A stretch of 64,000 bases of DNA from Asterias rubens (GCF_902459465.1 NC_047079.1:2108001-2172000), one strand, 5' to 3'; shown: positions 45,865-58,100, counted from the stretch's first letter. Notes: a model not told the origin generated them from the sequence alone. Made by a program: numbers and translations.

Positions 45865-46040
45865 CCTTGGATTGATGCCAAACCAAAGAAACTTCAATTT
45901 TAATTTTACCACTTAATTATAATTTTTGGCTCCGGGATTCGATTCTGAAAGCAGTAGTCAGTTTTCCAGCACCATGTTGTATGTATTTCTTGAGTACTTC
46001 GTCTGGGTGCAATACGTGGTAGATGTTAGTTTAAAACGTA
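45865..46040 (-). other. USP48: Candidate non-coding 5' exon of USP48
   Basis: Strong donor GG|GTAAGT with the exon ending at 45865 (minus), and a TTTTAG acceptor ~17 nt upstream of the USP48 ATG (near 44528). The 5' boundary is a guess. Contains a short uORF MVLEN* (45958-45975). Confidence 0.5.
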
Positions 46041-47039
46041 TTAACCACAGTAAACCGATTTAACACCGGGAAATATGCATAATTATAGTCACGTTGCACA
46101 GTCGGGGCTAAGCGATTGGGATTGTCAGGGCGCATTCAGACGTGGTTCCATTGTTCTTTTCAACCAACCAAAGCAATGCATTTCGGGGAAAGGGTACTTG
46201 TCTTTCTGGGAACCGTCATTGAATATTCTGCCACCGAGGAGTTAAGATAGATTGTATAGTTGTGCAAAAATTCGGTACCTTTTTGGCAACTCGCTGGACG
46301 TGGGAACCGCATTGAAGAAATCCTAGGGATACCTGATGATGAGGGCGAAGATGGGCGGCTACAGAGAGTGGTGAAGCCGATGGCTTACTAGCCGGGCCAA
46401 TCGGTCCATCGGGTGAGTCGCTACATTTTTAGACCTAATGATGGGGCAAGTACAGCCCCAACAGGAACGCTAGTAGGTAACACGGGTACCGTGAATACAG
46501 AAAGGTTTCAAACATCTAGTGTGTATAAAGGGCTAATAATTGCGAACATCCCACAGATTAATAGTCACGATATTTCACGGCCCTTGTAGGTTACTCGGGG
46601 TATAACGCGCCAACATTCTCAAAGCACGAGTACAGGTACACAAGGACAAGAAAGGGCGAACAATCATAATTTTTCTGGCAGCTTGCCGTTTAATATGAAA
46701 GTTAGTCAGAGCTTGTGTTAGTCAGGCCAATCAGGAATAAGTAATCCTAGTAGTTTAGTGTACAACTTGGCGAACTCTAGTCAATATTCAGGGTATTCCT
46801 TGCATAACAGGGATGGGGCATGTAATAGGTTAGGAGGGACATCATCTTCAATAGAACTGGGTGGTGCCCAACTTTCAAATGCAGGTTACAACATAAATAC
46901 AGTAGGGAGCAGTAGCATGTAGGGGTCCATTGATTGCACAGCGGGATCTTGAAGCATACCGATGGTGAATAACATGCAGCATATATGAATTAGCCATCAA
47001 CTCCCTTTAGTCCATTGATATCGGTTTGTAGCGAATTGG

Positions 47040-47545
47040 GCGAGGGCCTACCGCTAACCTTAACATTTTAAGATTATTCATAGCGAGTTTGTGGATTTCG
47101 CTGTGATCTTATAAAGAAGAGTGATCCTATAGTAGTACACATAGCGGTCAATACACCATAATTTTTGCTGGCTGTAAACGAGGGGGGTTCTATAATATGG
47201 AAAGAAAATAAACACAGGCGTGCAATTACTTCTATACATACATGGACCTCTGCATTTTGACTTATGCAGCAGTGTATTTGCGAGCTCATCTCCATAGAAC
47301 ACCTAGAATTGTTGAAATATTGTCAGATTGTACGCACAGAGAGCAGCTCGTCCAATAAGGGGGGATGGCGCACTTTTAGAATGAGGCAGCAATTAACACC
47401 AGTTAGATCATGGGCATCAATAATTGACGATGAATTATGGGCATTGCACGTCACAGCACTATGTGTTCATCAAGCTCTAGAACAAAGTGTACATAAAGAA
47501 CAGAAGGGCAATAGCAAGTTTCAATATCGCCTTTTGGAATGATTG
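47040..47545 (+). pseudogene. Ngaro/DIRS ORF1 (gag-like) remnant
   Basis: IHSEFVDFAVIL* at ~47075-47115, and ELLKYCQIVR...GGWRTFRMRQQLTPVRSWASIIDDELW in ORF 47264-47542. These resemble the EFVDF..LL and W..YD..FR...P...W..ID.ELW motifs I recall from DIRS/Ngaro ORF1. Confidence 0.6.
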
Positions 47546-48234
47546 ATCATTATTAGGCACTAAATGGCCAGCTTCCATAAATCAATCGTAGCCTATTGCA
47601 TAATATTAAAATTAAAGACCTTTGCATCTTCTTCCATTGGTACATACGTATCTGGTATTTCATATTATGTTTAATGAATAGGGTATGATGGCCTTAGTTT
47701 TCAATCCAAACCGGACATAGTTCAGAGGCATAAAACAAACAAATACATATCCATTTTGAAAAAGAGAGGGGAAAGGGATTAGGGGAAGAAAGAAGCGGGA
47801 AAGAAAGAAGCGGGAAAATAACAGCCAATCAAAGTTTTTATTTCAGAAACAATTTGTGGCTATGAACCAATACGATTAAAGTGGCGAGGACAAAGGATGT
47901 TTCATATGAAAGGATGGATTACTGGACCATAAAAGTGGTAAATGCATTTTTCGTTAACAATGCAGGGAAACATGAAAGGGTAGAATTAGAGAACAAGTTG
48001 CATCATGATGCAACTAACAATGGTCAATTAATAGAGAAAAGCAAGATCAAAAGTACGATGGTATTAAAAATAGGTATGAGGGACCTGTGGAAAAAAGAAG
48101 GGGGGTTACTTACATGAGATAGTTATAGTAACAAATATATAGGAACACCTTTAAAAAATTAATTTATACTTTATTTACAGAATATAAACAACATATAGTT
48201 CTCAGGCAGAAGTGAAGTGGAGGGTAATGGGAAG

Positions 48235-48420
48235 TTATTTAACACCAGTGTTAATGTTTAGTCCAAAGGGTTTGACTGTCTTGAGTTGTTGAATCCAGTG
48301 TGATTCTCTATACTTGCAGTTATTATTTCATATGTTCATCAATTGCACAATTGGGAGGATCCCACGGGTAGTTTCATTGTTTCTAAGATGAAAGAGTTTG
48401 TAGACGCTTGGACCCTCGGC
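48235..48420 (-). mobile_element. Penelope-like GIY-YIG endonuclease C-terminal remnant
   Basis: Minus strand reads SVYKLFHLRNNETTRGILPIVQLMNI*NNNCKYRESHWIQQLKTVKPFGLNINTGVK*. The RE..WI..L.T..P.GLN motif is the typical end of PLE endonucleases. Confidence 0.72.
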
Positions 48421-48949
48421 AAGATTCAAGATGTCCCATTACATTTCCAGTGCTGAGCAGTCTGGTTAGTATTTTACCGCCAGTCTGCAAAATATTGAAT
48501 TATTCGGTTGAGTCCCGGGGCGAATTAGAATAAATCTGCTTTATACTTGTTATGTATAAAGAGTTACACGGTTCAATGGTTCGGCGGGAACATTGAATAG
48601 GACTGGGTGCGGTACCCAGGGTAAGGCTTAGCTTGCTATGCTATCAATATACACGTTAAAGTTTTGTTAATTTAGTCTTTTCTTAGTCGTTATATAGTTT
48701 AAGTATCATCAGTAACAGTAGCAGCTACCATAGCTTAGCAGGGAGGTCAGTACTAGCTTGAGCCTGAAAGAGTTGATTTGCATAGATCAGGTGTACGTTT
48801 CCAATATCGGTTGGTTTTTCGTATATGGCGGTCAACACAGCACTGATGTTCCATGGCAATGACACGTTGTGTCGTAAAATTGTCGGTACACAATGTAACG
48901 AACATTGTATGTGGGCTAAACCGTAAAGCTTACGTATATTAAAAGCAAA

Positions 48950-49760
48950 GGCACATGATTAAAAATGATCAGTTGATCCGGTTATATAAGTTACAGGATG
49001 TAATTATTGTCAGTGAAGACAAAAATTCGGTGGTAACAAAAAGTAACAAACATTATAATGTGGGACTAAACGTAACATAGTATGTACATGAGATGAGTAG
49101 ACGCATGATTAAAAATGATCAGTTGATCCGGTTATTCAAGTTACAAGGTGTAATTATTGTCAGTTAAGACAAAAATTCGTAAAGTGGTTACAAAAAGTAA
49201 CAAACATCATTATGTTGGACTATAACGTAATAGGGTATGTACATGAGATGAGAAGACGCATGATTAAAAATGATCAGTTGATCCGGTTATTCAAGTCTAC
49301 GGACAAAATTAGAAATAACAAATTCGTATTAGTCTTTAAAAAATATTGATTAGTAATTTCATTAGCTCAATTAGTAAAAATGTTTCCTATTAGTTAGTTC
49401 GGATTGAAAAATTAGTCATGAATGGAAAGACTAATTTTTATTGCGTAGTTGACTAATTTTTTCTCCAAATTGACTACTAGATGTTTTCAGTGTAACATGT
49501 GTAATGATTGGCAGTGAAGACAACAACTCGTAAGTGGTTACAAAAAGTAACAAACATTATAATGTTGGATTAAAATGTAACAGAGCATACACATGAAATG
49601 ACAAGATGCATGATTGAAATAGGTTCAATTACAGGGTGTAAATTTTACAGTGAAGACAAAAAATGTTCGATACAAACGTAGAAGAGTGAAAGATGAAAAG
49701 AGAAGATGAATGATTAAAAAGGGATCAGTTGATCCGGTTGCAGCATAGCTTGCAGTCATC
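48950..49760. repeat. ~150-bp tandem array (about 4 degenerate units), interrupted at ~49300-49490
   Basis: CATGATTAAAAATGATCAGTTGATCCGGTT recurs near 48954, 49103 and 49259, with variants near 49608 and 49710. Confidence 0.8.
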
Positions 49761-49789
49761 TTCATCCGGTTGCAGCATAACTTGCAGAC

Positions 49790-50293
49790 ATACCATATTT
49801 GACTTATATGACCTTTATTAAAGTAGCATAATTAATGTTTAAAGTATAATCAGCATATGAAGCTCTGCTTTTAAAAGCAGCATTCTTGGTTGCCCTTTTC
49901 GGTTATACTGAGGGTGAGTGAGTTTACAACTCATGCTGGCAAATTCCCGGGCGTTGCGTATTGGTTATATTTCCTTTAATCAGGAAGGGAATTTGCAAGT
50001 AGTTCTAAGATATCCAAAAACGGATCATGTGGGTAAAGTTAAATCATTTCTATTGACAGGAATGCCAATACTTCACTGTTTGTACATTTAGGGGGGCCCT
50101 TTGTCAGCCAGACAAGTTTATCATATCTTAATGCAGGGATTAAGGCCATCAGGTAAACCCCACACGCTTTTTCAGTTCATAGTTGCAGGATATGTTTGGA
50201 GTTCGGGAGGAACAAATCAAAAGTATGGGGAGATGGAAGTCTGGAGCACTTGAATCCTACATTAGGCCAGACTTGATGTTTTCAATTGTCTAA
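49790..50293 (+). pseudogene. Tyrosine recombinase (DIRS/Ngaro type), frameshifted
   Basis: Across shifting frames: ALLLKAAFLVALFG / ILRVSEFTT (box I Arg), LRYPKTDHVGK (SKTD-like), AFSVHSCRI (HSFR-like H-x-x-R), GVREEQIKSMGRWKSGALESYIRP (GRWxS plus catalytic Tyr). Confidence 0.85.
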
Positions 50294-50520
50294 AAGGGGT
50301 TAGCTAGTAGTAAGGTCATAAATAAGCAGTGTAGAGCAACCGCTTCTTTAAATAGCATATTGCTGTTTAAGATAAATCATCATTTACAAGATTGGTGAAT
50401 GTTGAGTTGGTTGGTAACAGATTGTGTACAAAATTTTCAACTACATACAAGACTGTGAGAAGATAAAATATTAGTCAGAACAGATTACCCAGGCTGTTTT
50501 TCTTTGGAATTTCTTTTTGT

Positions 50521-51260
50521 ATACATATGTTTATCGGGGACAGTATCATTCGCCACAACAGCGGCACAGTGGTGGTACAGTGACATGGAAAGACGTGTCT
50601 GGGGCACGCCTGAACGGCTGGGACTAGGCTCAGGAGATACCTGGCAAAAGGCGAGGTCCCGAGGACAATAGTGTTACATCTAGGGACCAAAGATATCTTG
50701 AAGGAAAATTCGGGACAGATAAGACATAGGGTAAAAGGGAGCCTAAAGATGTTCATCAATCCGAAGCAAGAACGTGGGTACCAGGACAATATCATTCGCC
50801 ACAGCAGCGGCACGGTGGTAGTACAGTGACATGGAAAGGCGTGTCTGGGGCACACCTGGACGGCTGGGAATATGCTCAGGAGATACCTGGCAAAAGCGAG
50901 GCCCCAACGACAATAGTGTCATATCTAGGGACCAAAGATATCTTGAAGGAAAATTCGGGATTGATTAGACATAGGGTAAAAGAGAGCCTAAAGGTAATTA
51001 GGAATATCCTACCCTACACACGGTTAATTTGGTCAGACAATTTGTTGAGGGCGAAGTATCAAGGCAAAGTTAAAGGAGGGCAGACAAACGCTGCACTTGG
51101 GATTTTAATATGTATGCAAAGAAGATACTTCGGGAGATGCAAAACGCACATGTTATAAAACACCCCCATCTCATTAACCCTTCCCGGAAGGTGCGTACTG
51201 GCAAGACATGATTCATTTGGTCCATCAACATTTATCAGACGGGTTGAGGTTCTCCACTAC
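50521..51260 (+). pseudogene. SGNH/GDSL hydrolase remnant with an internal tandem duplication
   Basis: Block I IGDSIIRH (GDS at 50536-50544), block II GVSGA, block III LHLGTKD (GTND-like), block V QDMIHL (DxxH, 51205-51216). Frameshifts and stops are present. A ~246-bp segment is duplicated (50545 and 50791). Confidence 0.78.
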
Positions 51261-51279
51261 ACACTCGGACAAAGTTTTG

Positions 51280-51312
<33 letters not shown>

Positions 51313-54065
51313 GGGTTGGGAAAATTTTTATATCAAAATTTGCTTTGGCGGTAAGTTTAGGTTGTTCCTATAAACAAGAAGCTAATAGACATGGTAGCCT
51401 GTGAGGAAGTGGTAAATTAATTTATGTGAATTGATATGGATAAATATGGTGGTAATAAAATGATGTGATTGTATATAAAGAAGTAAATTAAATTGGTACC
51501 TTCTTGGCAACTCGCTGGAAGTGGGAACCTCATTGACCCGGAGTTTTCTCCAGTCAATGAGTGCATTTATAATTATAATAATTGTAATTGGTCTGTACCT
51601 TCTTTGGCAAATCGCCGAGAAGTGGGAACCTTCTTTGCGGATTGGAGATTTACCGTTCGCAAAGTGAGGAATTGGGAACCTTTGCGAATTGGCTGCAAAG
51701 GGTATTTATAATTGGAACTGGTATACTTCTTTATGAGTGGATATCACTAGATGGAATTAAATAAAGGGAAATCCCTTATATTATTATGAATTGGCGTTTT
51801 ACCACGGAATTCAGAGTACGGAATAAATTAACTCTTGGCAGAGTTCACTACAACAACAAATCCTTGTGTCTGTGTATATTTATCAGGTGGTAAATAAACT
51901 GTTGTTTTAATGCACGTATGACAATTAGTTTGATAGAACACAATATATTTTAAAAAGCGCTTTTTTTTTTTTTTTTTTTTTTTTCAAGTTTACGTGTACT
52001 AAATATCAGATTATCCTTATGGTTTTAGTTTACCACATTTTCGGGGAAATTGGTTATGTCTACTTTTCATTGTCGATTCCCGAGGTTGCATTAATAAGTA
52101 CCTGATGACGATTTCGTTTCCCGAAAAAAAAGTAAACGAATTGAAATTACTACAAACAAAAAACAACAACAACAAATTGGATAGTTTAATAAGTAGTAAA
52201 GAAAAGCATAGCAGTTAACCTTCCTTGATACAGACCGAGACAGCAAAAAACATAATTCATGATGGCCACCTGTTTCGCCCACCATTTTGAATTCACAAGT
52301 GTTTAATTGGTGAATAAAGCTGCACCCTGTTGAAGCAACACAATACAATTAATTCACATAGCAGCTGCTTGTCTTCTGTGGATATCTTGGTTAATGAACA
52401 AAACTTATGATATGAAACTAATGCAAGTTTGTTATCAAAAGGATACAGCGTTGAAAATTACCGGAAAACATTTCTTTTCTGCCGTATTGACCCGAACACG
52501 TCTCGATATGGTTCAATATTATATAATTCTTCCTCGTAGTCTTGCGTTTGTTTGTTTTTACATGAGCACTTGTTTTTTTTTAATGCAGATGAAACATTGG
52601 GTATTCGTTTTGAACAACTTTTGTATAAAACGTTTGATGATGTCACAATAACTTGTTAAAACGGGGATCTACATTTCGGTACAGCGATTGGTTTAACCGT
52701 CAAAACGGCATGAAACCAATCTTGCTGTAAAAAGACACAATCAATAAAAAACAAATCTGGGTGTGAGTTTAGAAAGTATGATTTTCCTCACTTTGATTGT
52801 GACTTAATCTTTCGGAATACCAGCTTGTTACACACTATTTCATTTTACTTTGATCTCCCTTACTACATAAAAGTTTCGTTGACAACAAAATTAAACATTA
52901 ACGTTAAAGGTCGTCAAAAACACACTCTTAATGTTTGCATTAACGTTATATCAACAACATATTAATTTCTACAAAGCATTTTATCCTAAAAAAACTATTA
53001 TCCATTTAGTGTACTTGAAGTTAAGATATAGAAATAGTCAGGTGTCACTTGAATGTTTTAAATACATTGAAGGAATAAACATTGACGCCGTATCAGTTGA
53101 TTGTTTTGGTTTTGACTATTGAATTATATTTAAACATTATTACTTGTTAATACCTTTTACAATTTAAAATATATTTTCTGGCATTAATAAATGGTTGACT
53201 GAATAAAAAAATAAAAAAACACAGCTTCTTAGCAAGTAGTCAATAAAGGGAAACGTTCTACCATTTTTAAACGGTGTAAGTTGAATGTAATTCAGTGAAC
53301 ACGATGTTTTGTGTCCTTCTACAACAGGTACCCAAACCCTTAAATTTGAAATCATCAGACTCAAGTTGATGTCAAATAGTTCAGAGCACGCGTTTGGCAG
53401 TATCACAATGGTTTATTCACGAGGGAATTCCTATACAACATCTTCTCCGCACCATTTATTAATGTTTACCATTATTCTCTTTTATTCCGAGAAATTCAAA
53501 TTGAACTGTCTCTCTTTTCATAAACCAGTAGTGACACTTAAGTTGTACAAGCTCATCAGCCCCTTTCAGTGATGTTAAATGAGACCGTGGGGTCGAGCAA
53601 ATCGGTCCCAGTGCCTCATTCAAAAGCACATGGATTGACTTACAGAAAACAAAACAAAGGCTAACAGATTTACAAATAACTTACAAGGTTTACAGAAAGT
53701 AATGATGAAAGACTTCTCTTGAAATATTATTTCACGAAATGCTTTACTTTTTGAGAAAACAATTAACCAATATCAGTTCTCGATATAAGAAATACGGATG
53801 CATTTTAAAAACATTTCATGACACGCCGAAACGTGCGGAAACAAGGGTGGGTTTTCCCGTTATTTTCTCCCGACTCCGATGACCGATTGAGCCTAAATTT
53901 TTACAGGTTTGTTATTTTATATAGCAGTTGTGATTCACGAAGTGTTGGCTTTGGACAATACTGTTTACCGAAAGTGTCCAATCGCTTTAAGCACCTTCGC
54001 ATTGCACCTAAACCCTGATCAAATAAACCCCAGTCACCTCTCCCTGTACACAACCAACAATCTAT

Positions 54066-54357
54066 GGATGCGTTCGATTAGTTTCCCTGGGTCGACCCCG
54101 GTTTGCTCATCTAAGATTCGTAATTTTGTCCAGGACGAACGTGGGCAGATAACTACCCTACGTTCGTCCTGGAAAAGCGGGACACTTGGGGCGGACCCGA
54201 GGTGCACTGACGTCACCAGGAGAAGGGTCACGTGATGATGCGTATTTATTTTCGAGGATGAAGCGTGGTAAGTATCTGCCCACGCTCGTCCTAGAAAAAA
54301 ATACGCCACCTGGATGAGCACATCGGGGTCGACCCGGGGAAGCTAGTTGAACGCTCT
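54066..54357. mobile_element. MITE (GGGTGCGTTCG TIR family)
   Basis: Same TIRs as 4237-4386, with an internal CCAGGACGAA/TTCGTCCTGG inverted repeat. Confidence 0.75.
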
Positions 54358-54659
54358 CACGGTAGCCTCAACATCTGACGTCACACTTCGGGGCTCGTGA
54401 GTAACACCAGAGACCGGCCTTCAAACCGGTGTGTATGTTCACCTCTTACATACGTTCATTTCACTTAAAAATACGCGGTCAAATTCTACACCAATATTGC
54501 ATGGAATGTCATGCACGTTGTATGTATATTCTACAGACACCACACATGAGAACACAAAGCAAACGGGCGGCCGAAAGTAAGCTTTCTATATCTGACTTTT
54601 GATTGGTCGACCGACGTTCCTCAGACAAATCGAAACAAGCCCAGATACGGTAGCATCCA

Positions 54660-54820
54660 CTGAATTTATCCAATTTAAGACGTCTCTCCTTCGTAGACAC
54701 CCTGAATCGAGACACCGGCTTAGCCCGCGCTGAGGAACTACGCACCTGCATGCTGGATTGGAACATCTGGAGAGTAATCACTGGGCAGGCTCGAGCTCCT
54801 ACATGGCGCTCGACTTGATG
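54660..54820 (+). mobile_element. RTE-clade LINE extreme 3' fragment
   Basis: SFVDTLNRDTGLARAEELRTCMLDWNIWRVI...RST* parallels the end of the RTE at 34600-34750 (DTGL...ST*). Confidence 0.65.
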
Positions 54821-54928
54821 TTGATTTATTCAATTACATCTTTGTATCCAATGAAATCACTGGATCTAAATAGCAGGTACCTGTCTTCATCAATGCGGAT
54901 AAAGACAGGGGCCCAGGCTGCAATCTAT

Positions 54929-55179
54929 GGGTGCGTTCGTTTAGCTTCCCTAGGTCGACCCCGGCCTGCCCCGGTACGTTCGAATAGCTTTAACGTCTTC
55001 CAGGGGTTCACCCGGGTCAGCCCCCAGTGCCCTGCTTGTGGAGTGGGTCAGTTGCGGGTGACCCGAAGTACATGCCGTCACCACGAGAGGGCGATTGTGA
55101 TCGTCCAATGAGCTCTTGTCAGGGGCTCACCCGAATGAGCACCGCGGGGTCGACCAAGGGAAGCTAATCGAACGCACCC
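54929..55179. mobile_element. MITE (GGGTGCGTTCG TIR family) with TAT TSD
   Basis: TAT|GGGTGCGTTCG ... CGAACGCACCC|TAT. Confidence 0.8.
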
Positions 55180-58100
55180 TATGTAGGCGGCAAACTGTAA
55201 GAAAATACGTAGAGGGCGCTGTGGCGTTGTGGTGTTATATAATAGACCTTTTCGCAAATACCGGGGTGCGCGCGCAAAGCTTGGAATTAGGTCACTGTGG
55301 TCTTGCTGGTATCCAAATTTGATCCATATAAAATATCCCACAATCCACCTCATTCAACAGTCAGCGCTTGTGTATTGGTATTTGCGATAAGGTCTATTGA
55401 GAATATACTTACAAAGCGCCCTCTATGTATAAATTTATCAAAAATGTACAATGTGAGGTGTTGGTTTTGTGTGTGCTCGCGAACACCGTTTTCATTGAAA
55501 CCAGGGGATGAGAATTACAAAGCGCCTTCTTTTGCTTCTATTTACTACAAACGTACAGTGTGCGGTGTTGTTACCCAGGCTACAATGCCGGCTATACCTC
55601 TTTCGGCCCCTGCCCCCTTTCAATGTTTGTTCCGACTGCCGGTCTTCTGCGTTACATTCAACATTGAGAGGGGGGAAGAGGCAAAAGATACAATGTTTAT
55701 TGTTAGTGGGAAGTGGACAGGGAATGGTTTAATATAACGTAGGAATGGGTGGACCAAGCATTTTGACCGGGATTGTAGGCCCCGTTGTGGAGGAACACAA
55801 CTCGTCTTATATGACTGGCGACCAAACATGATGTCTTATTTTTGCTTCCGAAACACTGCAAACAAACGAAGTGACCCGGCTCCTCCTGCCTTCCCCAGGC
55901 TGGTAGGGGCCGCGGTTAACGAAGAGCAGGAGTGTATCGATTTTTCCTCCGATATCCTGATATCAATACGGTCTGAAGCAGATTGAATCAAGAGAGGGTG
56001 CTTTCAGAATTAAGAAACGACCATGGTCACCGCTCACTGTAAGAAGAGGAAACCAGCTCCAAGGGACAAAATCTCCTGCCACTCGCAATTCAAGGGCCAC
56101 GCGCAATTCTCCAGGACTAGGCGCCCGGATGGGTTGCCGGTGTCTCAGTGGAATCAGTGCTGCCGGAGATTCTTTCCCCTGTTTGAGAAACTAACATGGG
56201 CTGAGTGAGGTTGTTTAACAGAGGGCGCTATCACAAGTAGTTTGTAACAAAATCTTATATTTTATGGAGATTGCACTGTCTTATTCTTATCAACTTTTGA
56301 TATGATGAGGGCACATCTCAAAACTTGTCCAGCTTTTACTTTCATAACTCTTGGTTTAACGTTGAAATTAGACACAAGATGTCAACTTTCCCATAGGACC
56401 AGTGTAGTACAGTGCCTGCCAGAATACTTCAAGAATGTACAAGGTCGCACTTGTTGTAAACAAGGTTCACATGGATGAGGGGGAGGGAATTTTGGGAGAA
56501 CATAATCTCCTGACACACCTGCCAAAATTGGGGACAGAATCTCTGGGGACAGATTTCCATGAAACACCGGCCCAAGGCGGAATCTTGCGTTACGTGTTAA
56601 ACAAGAGTACTTAATCAAAATCACTTCAATCTCATCATCAATTGTTAGTTAATATGTGACCCTTGGAATAGGTACGTGCATGAAACGGCAAGTCTGATAG
56701 TAGCTCTTTAGTTTTATTGAGATCTGTAAACGGTGAATCTCTTGGGTGAAGACACACAAAGACGTCAGTTTAGATCTTCGGCCCAAAACAGAATGATCGT
56801 ACAAAATATACAATAATAATTACATAAGCTAAACTTTAAAAGAATAAACAATGAAACGATAAAACAATACCCGCGGTTCGTGCCAAAATTATGGACGCGA
56901 CCGCCATCTTGGATTTCAGGCAATTTAACAGTGACATGCAATATAAACAGGTTATTTCCAATCCCAGATGCAATGATGAAAGAAACTAAAGGATTTCCAA
57001 AATGTTACGTTAAGTAACACTGCTAAGATTTTTAGGAAAGTCTATAGAGGTAATAAATAGTTCTAAACATCGCAAGTCAATAAATAGCTAGCCTGATGTT
57101 GCAAAAGCAACCAAATATCCACTAAAGTCAACAACATTTTATAAACAAAATGAGACTTGAGGATAGTCCTTATTAAATACCAATTAAAAATAATCTAAGT
57201 AGTAATTAGGAAAACATTTAAATGCAAAATATAACAAGATCTTTACCTATTGGGTGAAGACACACAAAGACGTCAGTTTCGGTCTTCGGCCCAAAACAGA
57301 ATGATCTTGACCCCGAAAGCAGCCCGCAAAAAGGGCGCTAGCCATGCAATTAAGGCAAATGATTACGTAACATAAAAACAAATGTGGGGGGTTCGCATCG
57401 CACCCGTGACAAATAGTAAATAAATTGCAATCGCTATGTGTTCACTTGATTATTTTTGCTCCGTTGAACATTTTTGCTTCCCGAAAAAGCATTTGTATGT
57501 TTCAGTGGTAGTAGACTCTGAAAAAACAAAGAATACAATTGGAAATCAGTTTAAAATTACCCTTTAAGGGCAAAGGCATGACACATTAGTTAACTCCCGA
57601 GCACAGGTGAGTCTTTCCGCTTGGTGTATCTTAACATTCTTAAATTAACAAACCCGTGAACATTTTGAACTCAATTGGTCGTCGAAGTTGCGAGTAATGG
57701 GAAAACACCCCTTGTCGCACTAGTTGTGTGCTTTCAAATGCTTTCAATTCGAAACCTCAACAATTCGAGAAATTGCTTCTCAAAAACTAGGTTTCTTCAT
57801 AGAGATCCGTTACTTACAATGCTGTATACTATTGCTCATTACCAAGTAAGGTTTTTATGCTAAAAATTATTTTGAGTATAAATTACCAATGGTGTCCAGT
57901 GCACTCTACTATATACATTGTCATTGAATTTCGATTTCGGAAAAAAAAAAACACTGAGTTAGTGTTCGTAAACATTACGTCAAAAGAGTGGTTAACGAAG
58001 CACGAAAGAGAACCATCTGAACAGTATATATATTGCGTACACAGTTCTTTCTTTGATAATAAACTTGCACTTTAACTCACAATCATCAGGGAAGTACATC

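Larger units (their letters stand above)
46100..51900 (+). mobile_element. Degenerate Ngaro-type (DIRS order) tyrosine-recombinase retrotransposon lacking RT/RNaseH
   Basis: The order is gag-like ORF1 remnant (~47040-47545), YR remnant (~49790-50293), then SGNH hydrolase remnant (~50521-51260). A 42-bp direct repeat with 3 mismatches lies at 46274-46315 and 51495-51536. Outer boundaries are approximate. Confidence 0.75.

Noticed and set aside
47881-48117. 78-aa ORF in the gap of the Ngaro element as a possible RT remnant
   Set aside because: No YxDD, LPFG or RNaseH (TDAS) motifs in this or adjacent frames.
52095-52150. Possible hammerhead ribozyme (CTGATGA...GAAA)
   Set aside because: Stem II does not close next to the core and I could not form stems I and III. 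CTGATGA hits at ~46333, ~48707 (minus) and ~58612 also fail. An Infernal scan would settle it.
55300-56210. Cluster of 60-146-aa ORFs in a slightly GC-richer patch
   Set aside because: No motifs, splice structure or codon pattern that I could recognise.
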